From: Ylistrum balloti
Taxonomy: Eukaryota
Assembly: GCF_031769215.1 (NCBI RefSeq)
Contig: NW_026782721.1
Span: 434,001-498,000, forward strand
Length of the DNA stretch: 64,000 nucleotides
Direction of reading: 5' to 3'
In this document: positions 1-11,373 of the stretch, one piece after another
Numbering within the stretch: position 1 is the stretch's first letter
How the letters are laid out: each line of letters opens with the position of its first letter
Position numbers and translations under genes: made by a program
The notes under the pieces: generated by a model
What the model was told of the DNA's origin: nothing
Databases searched by the model: none
What the model saw: only the letters and a program-made list of their open reading frames with translations

Positions 1-47
1 AACCAACTCAGGGCGTACCTGAAACAATGAAAGCAAAACAGGGGAGA
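1..47 (-). other. Possible 3' splice acceptor and start of an exon running off the left edge of the window
   Basis: Minus strand reads tctcccctgttttgctttcattgtttcag|GTACGCCCTGAGTTGGTT, a long pyrimidine tract plus CAG; the exon would start at 18. Only 18 nt are visible, so the gene cannot be identified. Confidence 0.3.
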
Positions 48-164
48 CAATTAGTAACGTCTAATGATCAATTTTTCGCTAATTATGTTTTGTTTTTCTA
101 GATAGTGTTTGAGTCAGTTGTTTATAATTATTTCTAACGTTTTGCTTAAAGCTATTGGTCTCTA

Positions 165-480
165 GGAGGCTGGGGATTCTTTATCCTGACCAATTTTGTA
201 TATGGGAATAACGATATCATTATTCCAGGACTCTGGATAGGAACCTAATTTCTGAATTGCGTTGAAAAGTAACAGAATGATATTCTTGATTTTGTCCTGA
301 CAATTTTTCAGAATTGTATAAGATCAATAATCTATGCCCGAGGATGTACTTTCTTTGGATTTCAGTGAATGGAAGCGGGCAATTTTTGTCTTCTTTCCCA
401 GGATGCTTTAGCGCCTCTCTGATATTATCTATGTTTTGGTTTTATTGTCAATAAATTCCTGAGTATAATTATTAAAGCTC
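165..480 (-). mobile_element. Degenerate LINE reverse-transcriptase fragment (N-terminal RT region)
   Basis: Minus-strand translation gives TSSGID..ILKNCQDKIKNIILLLFNAIQKLGSYPESWNNDIVIPIYKIGQDKNP, matching the non-LTR RT motif G.D.I..E.LK...LFN.I...G.YP..W....I.PI.K.G. It is interrupted by stops. Confidence 0.55.
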
Positions 481-849
481 CTTAATATTCAAACTGGTTT
501 TGCCCTCGGCATTTCTTCCTAATATGGGCATTTCTCTAAGGTCTCAGAGAGAGGGCCCAAAAGGTGAAATAGAGCAGATTCTTTAAAATCCCTCTTCTCC
601 TGTAGGAGTCATTGAATGTTGCTTAAAGTTGGTCTGAAGCATTGTTGGGTGAAATGACACCAAGGGAAATACAAAAAAAATTTAGATGGGATTTAACCAT
701 GAATGTGACACTAGATGATATCACATAATGCATCCTACAATTTGATAACATACTTTTAAGAAATTGTAGGAATTGTTTAGGTGGACAATGGAAGAATCAC
801 GGACATGGTACTTCACATTAAATTACCTAGTCAGAATATATATCATTGG

Positions 850-1190
850 TATGTAATAGTGTAATAATATCCTATTATCCCGTCCATTAGAAAATACCAT
901 TAATATGTAGTAGTGTTATAATATCTCATTATCCAGTCTCGTAGAAAATATTTCATTAAAATGTAATAGTATAATAATATTCTGTTATCCCGTCTCATAG
1001 AAAATTTATTATTACTGTGTAATAGTATCCTATTATAGAGTCTCCTAGAAAATGTTTTATTACTTTGTAATAGTGTAATAAGATCCTATTATAGAGTCTC
1101 CTAAAACCATCTTATTACTTTGTAATAGTGTAATAATATTCTGTTATCCCGAAACATAGAAAATATATCATTATTCTATGACAATAAAGT
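850..1190. repeat. Degenerate ~55-bp AT-rich tandem repeat, about 6 units, just upstream of TRIM copy 1
   Basis: A gtaatagt(g/a)taataa-type motif recurs near 853, 907, 963, 1019, 1066 and 1122. Confidence 0.7.
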
Positions 1191-1246
1191 TATATCAGCT
1201 TCTAGCATGTCATGGTTTATACTTTTTACAGGCGGTGTTCGACCTG

Positions 1247-2890
1247 ATGGATACCGGGAACCTCCGAACAAGAAAACGGTGTACAGAACCAGGACATACA
1301 GAATTAGTGAGTGCCTGGTGTCAAACTTGTCAGATGTTTGTCTGTATCCAGGATATAGTATCCCCAAAACATGCTAGACATGTCTTTGTATCACTGGAGA
1401 AGATTGCTGAAGAACACAGATCTAGCACACACCAGAAGAAAAAAGAATTGAGTAAAATCAAAGAAAATCTTGAAAAGGTTTTATTACAACAGTCGGAAAT
1501 TGAAACCCAGTTTGACGAGAAAGTCCAGGACATTGATGCTACAATAGAGAGGAGAGCTGAGGCTTTACAATCTGACATTGAGTCATGGAAGACAAAGGTC
1601 AAATCAGCTCTTCAGAAGAAGGTTGTGGAAAACAAGGAGTTAATGAAGGCACGCCAGGAAAAAATTAGAGAGGATCAAAATAAACTACAAGAAGCTCTGG
1701 ATCAATGTAATGTTGATCATTTTGAGATGGTGGACAATGTTATTCAGGCTAAACACCAGACATCTGTCTACAACCCTGCATCTCTCATCTTTCGAGAAGG
1801 CAACTTAGCAACGCTTGACTTGGACGGCTTACTCGGACATATCTCTGATGAAGACTTCTATGGATCAGACAGCATGTCTACTCTAAACCCAGATTCCTTT
1901 ACTAGTACAAATGATATCAGACATAGACGACCACCAGAATCTGAAGACAGCAGATCACTCACAGAGGATTGGACCTCTAAAGTAACCGAACGCCCTGAGA
2001 GAATATATGACTTCTTGGAATTCGAAGATGTTGAGATTTTAGAGCATGGCGTGTTTCACAACCCTGACCAAAAAGTTGACAACACCACACAAGGAGCTGC
2101 GATCAAGCTAGCTGCTAGCACAGAGGAAGGTGTGTGGGTGACATGTACAGGGAAGAGATGCATCAAACATTTTAATGACAAAGGTGATTCTACAAAACAA
2201 ATTATCTCAGACTTTGATATAGCAGACTTCGGCTTCAATAGTAAAAACGAACTTTTCGCAACTGTACACAACGGTTTTAAGATAAAGAAAAAAGGGTTTT
2301 TCAAATGGAAAAGTCTTGTAAGGACTGCACCCTATTTGACCTTCGGAATTAACCTCACTCCTGAGGATGATATATTGGTTTTCCTCCAAGGAATCGGTTG
2401 TAGAGCAGAGATACACAGGTATTCTCCTGCTGGAGACAATAAACAGAGAATCTATTTCGATCAGGATGTCCAGGATGGCAAAGAAATTTTCCTCAGACCA
2501 AGACAAGTACTTGAGGTCGGCCCTACAAGAGATGTGCTAGTGATAGATAGCAAGAGACTGATAACTCTGGACAAGGATGGGAAAGTGACGAAAACCTGGA
2601 GAGGTGAGCTGGACATGGAAACTGGTAGCGAAGCTGCAATGAATTTGTTCCATCCTGTCAGTATTGCTGTCGCTTCACATGGGAATTCAATTGTCTTGGA
2701 TACAGGAAACAAGCGAATCGTTGTGTTTGATAAACATGGACAGATACTCTGGAGTTTCAACGATACGGTCATGTTGGAGGACATGAACTGCGTAGTATTC
2801 GATAATGAGGATAAACTTTGGGTTGCCTGCACAAATGGCGCTCTTCACCATGCAAAGCTACACTTTAACTGTAATGGAAAAACAGACTGA
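1247..2890 (+). CDS. TRIM-like B-box2/coiled-coil/NHL-repeat protein, copy 1 (547 aa from ATG 1247)
   Basis: B-box-like CTEPGH..WCQTC..VCIQD....HARH, a heptad-rich helical region, then NHL-type blades (HPVSIAVASHGNSIVLDTGNKRIVVFDKHG; DMNCVVFDNEDKLWVA). Acceptor ttttacag|GCG lies 15 nt before the ATG. No RING in this exon. Confidence 0.88.
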   Translation: MDTGNLRTRKRCTEPGHTELVSAWCQTCQMFVCIQDIVSPKHARHVFVSLEKIAEEHRSSTHQKKKELSKIKENLEKVLLQQSEIETQFDEKVQDIDATIERRAEALQSDIESWKTKVKSALQKKVVENKELMKARQEKIREDQNKLQEALDQCNVDHFEMVDNVIQAKHQTSVYNPASLIFREGNLATLDLDGLLGHISDEDFYGSDSMSTLNPDSFTSTNDIRHRRPPESEDSRSLTEDWTSKVTERPERIYDFLEFEDVEILEHGVFHNPDQKVDNTTQGAAIKLAASTEEGVWVTCTGKRCIKHFNDKGDSTKQIISDFDIADFGFNSKNELFATVHNGFKIKKKGFFKWKSLVRTAPYLTFGINLTPEDDILVFLQGIGCRAEIHRYSPAGDNKQRIYFDQDVQDGKEIFLRPRQVLEVGPTRDVLVIDSKRLITLDKDGKVTKTWRGELDMETGSEAAMNLFHPVSIAVASHGNSIVLDTGNKRIVVFDKHGQILWSFNDTVMLEDMNCVVFDNEDKLWVACTNGALHHAKLHFNCNGKTD

Positions 2891-3222
2891 GATATTTCTT
2901 TATTAAAAATCAAACCATTTTGCCAAATCTGACAGCATTGTAGTGTCTGGTTTTGAGTTTTATCCATCTATTTATTTTTGTTTACTTTGTTTATATTCCT
3001 ATTTTCTCTACTTTTTCTCAAAGCTTTTCACTTTTAAATTCACACCTACCTTTAATGTGACCTGTATACCATAACACATACCTGTATTTAATTGGATCCC
3101 GAAGTAGAACAATTTGACTTCATTTAATCTCAGTATATTGAGGCCAATTTTCATTGCTCCCTTGAGTGGCCTTTGGAGACAGGTTTGACTTTATTCTGTT
3201 TTTGTGGTTCATAACTTTCATG

Positions 3223-3267
3223 AATAAAACAGAACACTAAGCAGCATTTTTCATCGTTATCAATAAA
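3223..3267 (+). terminator. Two AATAAA polyadenylation signals of TRIM copy 1 (equivalents follow copies 2-4; absent after copy 5)
   Basis: AATAAA at 3223-3228 and 3262-3267, about 335-375 nt after the stop and just before the minisatellite. Confidence 0.5.
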
Positions 3268-3285
3268 AAAAACTTTTCAGGCGAG

Positions 3286-4610
3286 GAATCACCATTACAG
3301 ATATCTTCTTTCCAGGTTCAATCAACATACCAGTCAATCACCCCTACAGACATGTCTTACTCAGGTTCTGTCTACCTATCAGTCAATCACCCTCACAGAC
3401 ATGTCATACACATATTATATAACCTATCAGTCAATCACCGTCACAGACATGTCCTACTCAGGTTTTATCTACCTATCAGGCATTCACCCTCACATATATG
3501 TCCTACTCAGGTTCTATCTACATATCAGTCAATCACCCTCACAGACATGTCCTACTCAGATTCTATCTACCTATCAGTCAATCACCCTCATAGACATGTC
3601 CTACTCAGATTCTATCTACATATCAGTCAATCACCCTCACAGACATGTCCTACTCAGTTTTTTATCTACATATCAGTCAATCACCCTCACAGAAATGTCC
3701 TACTCAGATTCTATCTACATACAAGACAATCACCCTCACAGACCACAGACATGTCCTACTCAGGTTCTATCTACCTATCCGTCAATCACCCTCACAGACA
3801 TGTCCTACTCAGGTTCTGTCTAACTATCAGTCAATCATCCTCAAAGACATGTCCTACTCAGATTCTATCTACATACAAGTCAATCACCCTCACAGACATG
3901 TCCTACTCAGGTTCTATCTACATACCAGTCAATCACCCTCACAGACATGTCCTACTCAGATTCTGTCTAACTATCAGTCAATCACCCTCACAGACATGTC
4001 CTACTCAGTTTTTTATCTACATATCAGTCAATCACCCTCACAGAAATGTCCTACTCAGATTCTATCTACATACAAGACAATCACCCTCACAGACCACAGA
4101 CATGTCCTACTCAGGTTCTATCTACCTATCCGTCAATCACCCTCACAGACATCTCCTACACAGTTTCTATCTAACTATCAGTCAATCACCCTCACAGAAA
4201 TGTCCTACTCAGATTCTATCTACATACAAGTCAATCACCCTCACAGACCACAGACATGTCCTACTCAGGTTCTATCTACCTATCAGTCAATCATCCTCAA
4301 AGACATGTCCTACTCAGATTCTATCTACATACAAGTCAATCACCCTCACAGACCACAGACATGTCCTACTCAGGTTCTATCTACCTATCAGTCAATCATC
4401 CTCAAAGACATGTCCTACTCAGATTCTATCTACATACAAGTCAATCACCCTCACAGACATGTCCTACTCAGGTTCTATCTACATACCAGTCAATCACCCT
4501 CACAGACATGTCCTACTCAGATTCTGTCTAACTATCAGTCAATCACCCTCACAGACATGTCCTACTCAAGTTCTATCTACCTATCAGTCAATTATTCTCA
4601 TGGATATGTA
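3286..4610. repeat. 49-bp minisatellite, array 1 (about 27 units)
   Basis: Unit cagacatgtcctactcaggttctatctacctatcagtcaatcaccctca, with variant units. Confidence 0.95.
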
Positions 4611-5400
4611 CCGTCTACCACTTTCTAAAATTATCGTCTGTATCCAACTATAATTTGTTCATAACTACCTTCTGTCTATAATTATCTCCTATTTATTAAT
4701 ACCACCTATTTATAACTACCTTGTGTTTATAAATATCACCTGTCTATAAGTATCACCCTTTTTATAACTATGACCTCTGTATAACTACCTTCCACATATA
4801 ACTACGACATGCTTATAATTTCTACCTGTCTATAACTATCACGTCTGTAACTACCATCTGTCTGTAACTACCATCTGTCTATTACTATATCACCTTTCTA
4901 TAAATATAACCTATGTAACTAATCCCAACATATAACTACAACATGTGTATAAACTCCTAGCTATAACTGCCACCTGTCTATATCGACCTCCTGTCTCTGA
5001 TGATTATCTGTCTATAACTACCTTCTGTCTATAACTATCACTTGTCTATAACTACCACCTGTCTATATCGACCTCCTGTCTCTGACTATTATTTGTTTAT
5101 ATCTACCACCTGTTTATAACTACTACCTGTCTATCACTACTACCTGTCTATTACTGCCTTCTGTCTATAACTATCCCCTGTCTATAATTACCACCTGTCT
5201 GTCTATAACTACCACCTGTCTATAACTACCTTCTGTCTCTAACTATCACCTGTCTATAATTACCACCTGTCTATCACTTCCACCTCTCTATATCGACTTC
5301 CTGTCTCTGACTATTATCTGTATATATCTATCACCTGTTTATAACTACTACCTATCACTACCACCTGTCTATAACTACCTCCTGTTTCTAACTACCACCA
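4611..5400. repeat. Degenerate ~17-bp satellite (ctataactaccacctgt), spacer 1
   Basis: The short motif recurs throughout and the block is G-poor; the same block is repeated in spacers 2-4. Confidence 0.85.
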
Positions 5401-6142
5401 ATTTTATGACTAATTAACTTTTAAACTGTGTGACTTGTTTCCATTTGTGTGTTAAACAAAGATCCTCAAAAGGCTTTATTTAAAACTGCGAAAGAGGAAA
5501 TAAAATTGTGCAGATTAATCGGCAGCAAGATAAACAGATCTACTGCACAATGGCAAAATGGTTTGTGTGGAACAGATATAACTCAATAATACTGGTGTGC
5601 TATTCAATGTTCTACAGCTATCTATTGTACTGTTGAGATACACATAAAGTACACATGGTCACACTATTGTTCTTACCAGGAATTCTGTTGCCAATTTTCA
5701 ATACAGTATTTCAAGTAAGAAGAAATAAATGGTTAATCTGACCAGGACTTAAACGTACGATATTTTCAAGGAGAGAAAACACTTACAGGTAAATTGGATA
5801 TTACATAGGTTCTACACAATGAAGTTTTTGCTTTACGATAAACAAAACATGCAGACATTTATCTTAGAACATTTCAAAGAAGCTTACATGTATAGTGGGG
5901 ACTATACATAAGTTTTACACAATTAAGTTTTTTTTTTATCTTATTTAAAAATTGTAGAAACTGCTCAGTTTAGTTTTATTTTGCATTTAAATGTTTCCAT
6001 CATTATATCTTATAGTAGTGGTAGCCTCAATTCATATTACCCAGTCTCCTAGACATAGACTTAATTATGTAATAGTGTCCTGATATCAGCTTCTTTCTTC
6101 TCATGTAATGATATCTACTCATTATAGGCAGAGTTCGACCTG

Positions 6143-7786
6143 ATGGATACTGGGGACCTCCAAACAAGAAAACAGTGTACAGAACCAGGACATACAGAAT
6201 TAGTGAGTGCCTGGTGTCAAACTTGTCAGACGTTTGTCTGTATCCAGGGAATAGTATCCCCAAAACATGCTGGACATGTGTTTGTATCACTGGAGAAGAT
6301 TGCTGAAGAACACAGAGCAAGCACACACCAGAAGAAAAAAGAATTGAGTAAAATCAAAGAAAATCTTGAAAAGGTTTTATTACAACAGTCGGAAATTGAA
6401 ACCCAGTTTGACGAGAAAGTCCAGGACATTGATGCTACAATAGAGAGGAGAGCTGAGGCTTTACAATCTGACATTGAGTCATGGAAGACAAAGGTCAAAT
6501 CAGCTCTTCAGAAGAAGGTTGTAGAAAACAAGGAGTTAATGAAGGCACGCCAGGAAAAAATTAAAGAGGATCAAAATAAACTACAAGAAACTCTGGATCA
6601 ATGTAATGTTGATCATTTTGAGATGGTGGACAATGTTATTCAGGCTAAACACCAGACATCTGTCTACAACCCTGCATCTCTCGTCTTTAGAGAAGGCAAC
6701 TTAGCAACGCTTGACTTGGACGGCTTACTCGGACATATCTCTGATGAAGACTTCTATGGATCAGACAGCATGTCTACTCTAAACCCAGATTCCTTTACTA
6801 GTACAAATGATATCAGACATAGACGACCACCAGAATCTGAAGACAGCAGATCACTTACAGAGGATTGGACCTCTAAGGTAACCAAACCCACTGAGAGATT
6901 GTATGACTACTTGGAACTTGAAGATGTTGAGATTTTAGAGCATGGCGTGTTTCACGACCCTGACCAAAAAGTTGACAACACCACACAAGGAGCTGCGATC
7001 AAGCTAGCTGCTAGCACAGAGGAAGGTGTGTGGGTGACATGTACAGGGAAGAGATGCATCAAACATTTTAATGACAAAGGTGATTCTACAAAACAAATTA
7101 TCTCAGACTTTGATATAGCAGACTTCGGCTTCAATAGTAAAAACGAACTTTTCGCAACTGTACACAACGGTTTTAAGATAAAGAAAAAAGGGTTTTTCAA
7201 ATGGAAAAGTCTTGTAAGGACTGAACCCTATTTGACCTTCGGAATTAACCTCACTCCTGAGGATGATATATTGGTTTGCCTCCAAGGAATCGATTGTAGA
7301 GCAGAGATACACAGGTATTCCCCTGCTGGAGACAATAAACAGAGAATCTATTTCGATCAGGATGTCCAGGATGGCAAAGAAATTTTCCTCAGACCAAGAC
7401 AAGTACTTGAGGTCGGCCCTACAAGAGATGTGCTAGTGATAGATAGCAAGAGACTGATAACTCTGGACAAGGATGGGAAAGTGACGAAAACCTGGAGAGG
7501 TGAGCTGGACATGGAAACTGGTAGCGAAGCTGCAATGAATTTGTTCCATCCTGTCAGTATTGCTGTCGCTTCACATGGGAATTCAATTGTCTTGGATACA
7601 GGAAACAAGCGAATCGTTGTGTTTGATAAACATGGACAGATACTCTGGAGTTTCAACGATACGGTCATGTTGGAGGACATGAACTGCGTAGTATTCGATA
7701 ATGAGGATAAACTTTGGGTTGCCTGCACAAATGGCGCTCTTCACCATGCAAAGCTACACTTTAACTGTAATGGAAAAACAGACTGA
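6143..7786 (+). CDS. TRIM-like B-box2/coiled-coil/NHL protein, copy 2 (547 aa)
   Basis: Intact ORF, near-identical to copy 1; acceptor ttatag|GCA at 6127/6128. Confidence 0.88.
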   Translation: MDTGDLQTRKQCTEPGHTELVSAWCQTCQTFVCIQGIVSPKHAGHVFVSLEKIAEEHRASTHQKKKELSKIKENLEKVLLQQSEIETQFDEKVQDIDATIERRAEALQSDIESWKTKVKSALQKKVVENKELMKARQEKIKEDQNKLQETLDQCNVDHFEMVDNVIQAKHQTSVYNPASLVFREGNLATLDLDGLLGHISDEDFYGSDSMSTLNPDSFTSTNDIRHRRPPESEDSRSLTEDWTSKVTKPTERLYDYLELEDVEILEHGVFHDPDQKVDNTTQGAAIKLAASTEEGVWVTCTGKRCIKHFNDKGDSTKQIISDFDIADFGFNSKNELFATVHNGFKIKKKGFFKWKSLVRTEPYLTFGINLTPEDDILVCLQGIDCRAEIHRYSPAGDNKQRIYFDQDVQDGKEIFLRPRQVLEVGPTRDVLVIDSKRLITLDKDGKVTKTWRGELDMETGSEAAMNLFHPVSIAVASHGNSIVLDTGNKRIVVFDKHGQILWSFNDTVMLEDMNCVVFDNEDKLWVACTNGALHHAKLHFNCNGKTD

Positions 7787-8180
7787 GATATTTCTTTATT
7801 AAGAATCAAACCATTTTGCCAAATCTGACAGCATTGTAGTGTCTGGTTTTGAGTTTTATCCATTTATTTATTTTTGTTTACTTTGTTTATATTGCTATTT
7901 TCTCTACTTTTTATCTAAGCTTTTCACCTTTAAATTCACACCTACCTTTAATGTGACCTGTATACCATAACACATACCTGTCTTTAATTGGATCCCAAAG
8001 TAGAACAATTTGACTTCATTTAATCTCAGTATATTGAGGCCAATTTTCATTGCTCCCTTGAATGGCCTTTGGAGACAGGTTTGACTTTATTCTGTTTTTG
8101 TGGTTCATAACTTTCATGAATAAAACAGAACACTAAGCAGCATTTTTCATCGTTATCAATAAAAAAACTTTTCAGGCGAG

Positions 8181-9832
8181 GAATCACCATTACAGATATC
8201 TTCTTTCCAGGTTCTATCAACATACCAGTCAATCACCCCTACAGACATGTCTTATTCAGGTTCTGTCTACCTATCAGTCAATCACCCTCACAGACATGTC
8301 ATACACATATTATATAACCTATCAGTCAATCACCGTCACAGACATGTCCTACTCAGGTTTTATCTACCTATCAGGCATTCACCCTCACATATATGTCCTA
8401 CTCAGGTTCTATCTACATATCAGTCAATCACCCTCACAGACATGTCCTACTCAGGTTCTATCTACATATCAGTCAATCACCCTCACAGACATGTCCTACT
8501 CAGATTCTATCTACATATCAGTCAGTCACCATCACAGACATATCCTACTCAGTTTCTATCTACCTATCAGTCAATCACCCTCACAGATATGTCTTACTCA
8601 GATTCTATCTACCTATCAGTCAATCACCCTCACAGACATGTCCTACTCAGTTTCTATCTACATAACAGTCAATCACCCTCACAGACATGTCCTACTCAGA
8701 TTATATCTACATACAAGTCAATCACCCTCACAGACCACAGACATGTCCTACTCAGGTTCTATCTACATACCAGTCAATCACCCTCACAGACATGTCCTAC
8801 TCAGATTCTATCTACCTATCAGTCAATCACCCTCACAGACATGTCCTACTCAGGTTCTATATACATAACAATCAATCACCCTCACAGACATGTCATACTC
8901 AGGTTCTATCTACATATCAGTCAATCACCCTCACAGACATGTCCTACTCAGATTCTATCTACATACAAGTCAATCGCCCTCACAGACCACAGACATGTCC
9001 CCAATCACCCTCACAGACATGTCCTACTCAGGTTCTGTCTAGCTATCAGTCAATCACCCTCATAGACATGTCATACTCAGATTCTATCTACATATCAGTC
9101 AGTCACCCTCACAGACATGTCATACTCAGTTTCTATCTACCTATCAGTCAATCACCCTCACAGACATGTCCTACTCAAGTTCTATCTACCTATCAGTCAG
9201 TCACCCTCACAGATATGTCTTACTCCGATTCTATTACTATCAGTCAATCACCCTCACAGACATGTCCTACTCAGATTCTATCTACCTATCAGTCAATCAC
9301 CCTCACAGACATGTCCTACTCAGGTTCTATATACATAACAATCAATCACCCTCACAGACATGTCATACTCAGGTTCTATCTACCTATCAGTCAATCACCC
9401 TCACAGACATCTCCTGCTCAGTTTTTATCTACCTATCAGTCAATCACCCTCACAGACATGTCCTACTCAGATTCTATCTACATACAAGTCAATCGCCCTC
9501 ACAGACCACAGACATGTCCTACTATCAGTCAATCACCCTCACAGACATGTCCTCTACCTATCAGTCAATCACCCTCACAGACATGTCCTACTCAGGTTCT
9601 ATCTACATAACAGTCAATCATCCTCAAAGACATGTCCTACTCAGATTATATCTACATACAAGTCAATCACCCTCACAGACATGTCCTACTCAGGTTCTAT
9701 CTACATACCAGTCAATCACCCTCACAGACATGTCCTACTCAGATTCTGTCTAACTATCAGTCAATCACCTTCACAGACATGTCCTACTCAAGTTCTATCT
9801 ACCTATCAGTCAATTATTCTCATGGATATGTA
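8181..9832. repeat. 49-bp minisatellite, array 2 (about 34 units)
   Basis: Same unit as array 1, with a different variant order. Confidence 0.95.
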
Positions 9833-10640
9833 CCGTCTACCACTTTCTAAAATTATCGTCTGTATCCAACTATAATTTGTTCATAACTACCGTCTGTCTA
9901 TAATTATCTCCTATTTATTAATACCACCTATTTATAACTACCATGTGTTTATAAATATCACCTGTCTATAAGTATCACCCTTTTTATAACTATGACCTCT
10001 GTATAACTACCTTCCACATATAACTACGACATGCTTATAATTTCTACCTGTCTATAACTACCACCTGTCTATAACTATCACGTCTGTAACTACCATCTGT
10101 CTGTAACTACCATCTGTCTATTACTATATCACCTTTCTATAACTATAACCTATGTAACTAATCCCAACATATAACTACAACATGTGTATAAACTCCTAGC
10201 TATAACTACCACCTGTCTATATCGACCTCCTGTCTCTGATGATTATCTGTCTATAACTACCTTCTGTCTATAACTATCACTTGTCTATAACTACCACCTG
10301 TCTATATCGACCTCCTGTCTCTGACTATTATTTGTTTATATCTACCACCTGTTTATAACTACTACCTGTCTATCACTACTACCTGTCTATTACTGCCTTC
10401 TGTCTATAACTATCACCTGTCTATAATTACCACCTGTCTGTCTATAACTACCACCTGTCTATAACTACCTTCTGTCTCTAACTATCACCTGTCTATAATT
10501 ACCACCTGTCTATCACTTCCACCTCTCTATATCGACTTCCTGTCTCTGACTATTATCTGTATATATCTATCACCTGTTTATAACTACTACCTATCACTAC
10601 CACCTGTCTATAACTACCTCCTGTTTCTAACTACCACCAA
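9833..10640. repeat. Degenerate ~17-bp satellite, spacer 2
   Basis: Copy of 4611-5400. Confidence 0.85.
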
Positions 10641-11373
10641 TTTTATGACTAATTAACTTTTAAACTGTGTGACTTGTTTCCATTTGTGTGTTAAACAAAG
10701 ATCCTCAAAAGGCTTTATTTAAAACTGCGAAAGAGGAAATAAAATTGTGCAGATTAATCGGCAGCAAGATAAACAGATCTACTGCACAATGGCAAAATGG
10801 TTTGTGTGGAACAGATATAACTCAATAATACTGGTGTGCTATTCAATGTTCTACAGCTATCTATTGTACTGTTGAGATACACATAAAGTACACATGGTCA
10901 CACTATTGTTCTTACCAGGAATTCTGTTGCCAATTTTCAATACAGTATTTCAAGTAAGAAGAAATAAATAGTTAATCTGACCAGGACTTAAACGTAGGAT
11001 ATTTCCAAGGAGAGAAAACACTTACAGGTAAATTGGATATTACATAGGTTCTACACAATGAAGTTTTTGCTTTACGATAAACAAAACATGCAGGCATTTA
11101 TCTTAGAACATTTCAAAGAAGCTTACATGTATAGTGGGGACTATGTTTTACACAATTAAGTTTTTTTTATCTTATTTAAAAATTGTAGAAACTGCTCAGT
11201 TTAGTTTTATTTTGCATTTAAATGTTTCCATCATTATATCTTATAGTAGTGGTAGCCTCAATTCATATTACCCAGTCTCCTAGACATAGACTTAATTATG
11301 TAATAGTGTCCTGATATCAGCTTCTTTCTTCTCATGTAATGATATCTACTCTTTATAGGCAGAGTTCGACCTG

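Noticed and set aside
1178-1246. 23-aa N-terminal extension of copy 1 in the ORF track
   Set aside because: It lies upstream of the splice acceptor at 1231 and is not shared with copies 2-5; it is probably intronic.
3286-4610. CRISPR-like appearance of regular repeats next to a gene
   Set aside because: The units are directly adjacent with no unique spacers, there are no cas genes, and the context is eukaryotic.
8047-8232. Antisense 61-aa ORF (also 18370-18555) over the TRIM 3' UTR as an exon of a hidden gene
   Set aside because: It has a poor acceptor (purine-rich, AG lost in copy 1), is frameshifted in copy 1 and deleted in copy 5, and has no recognisable motif.
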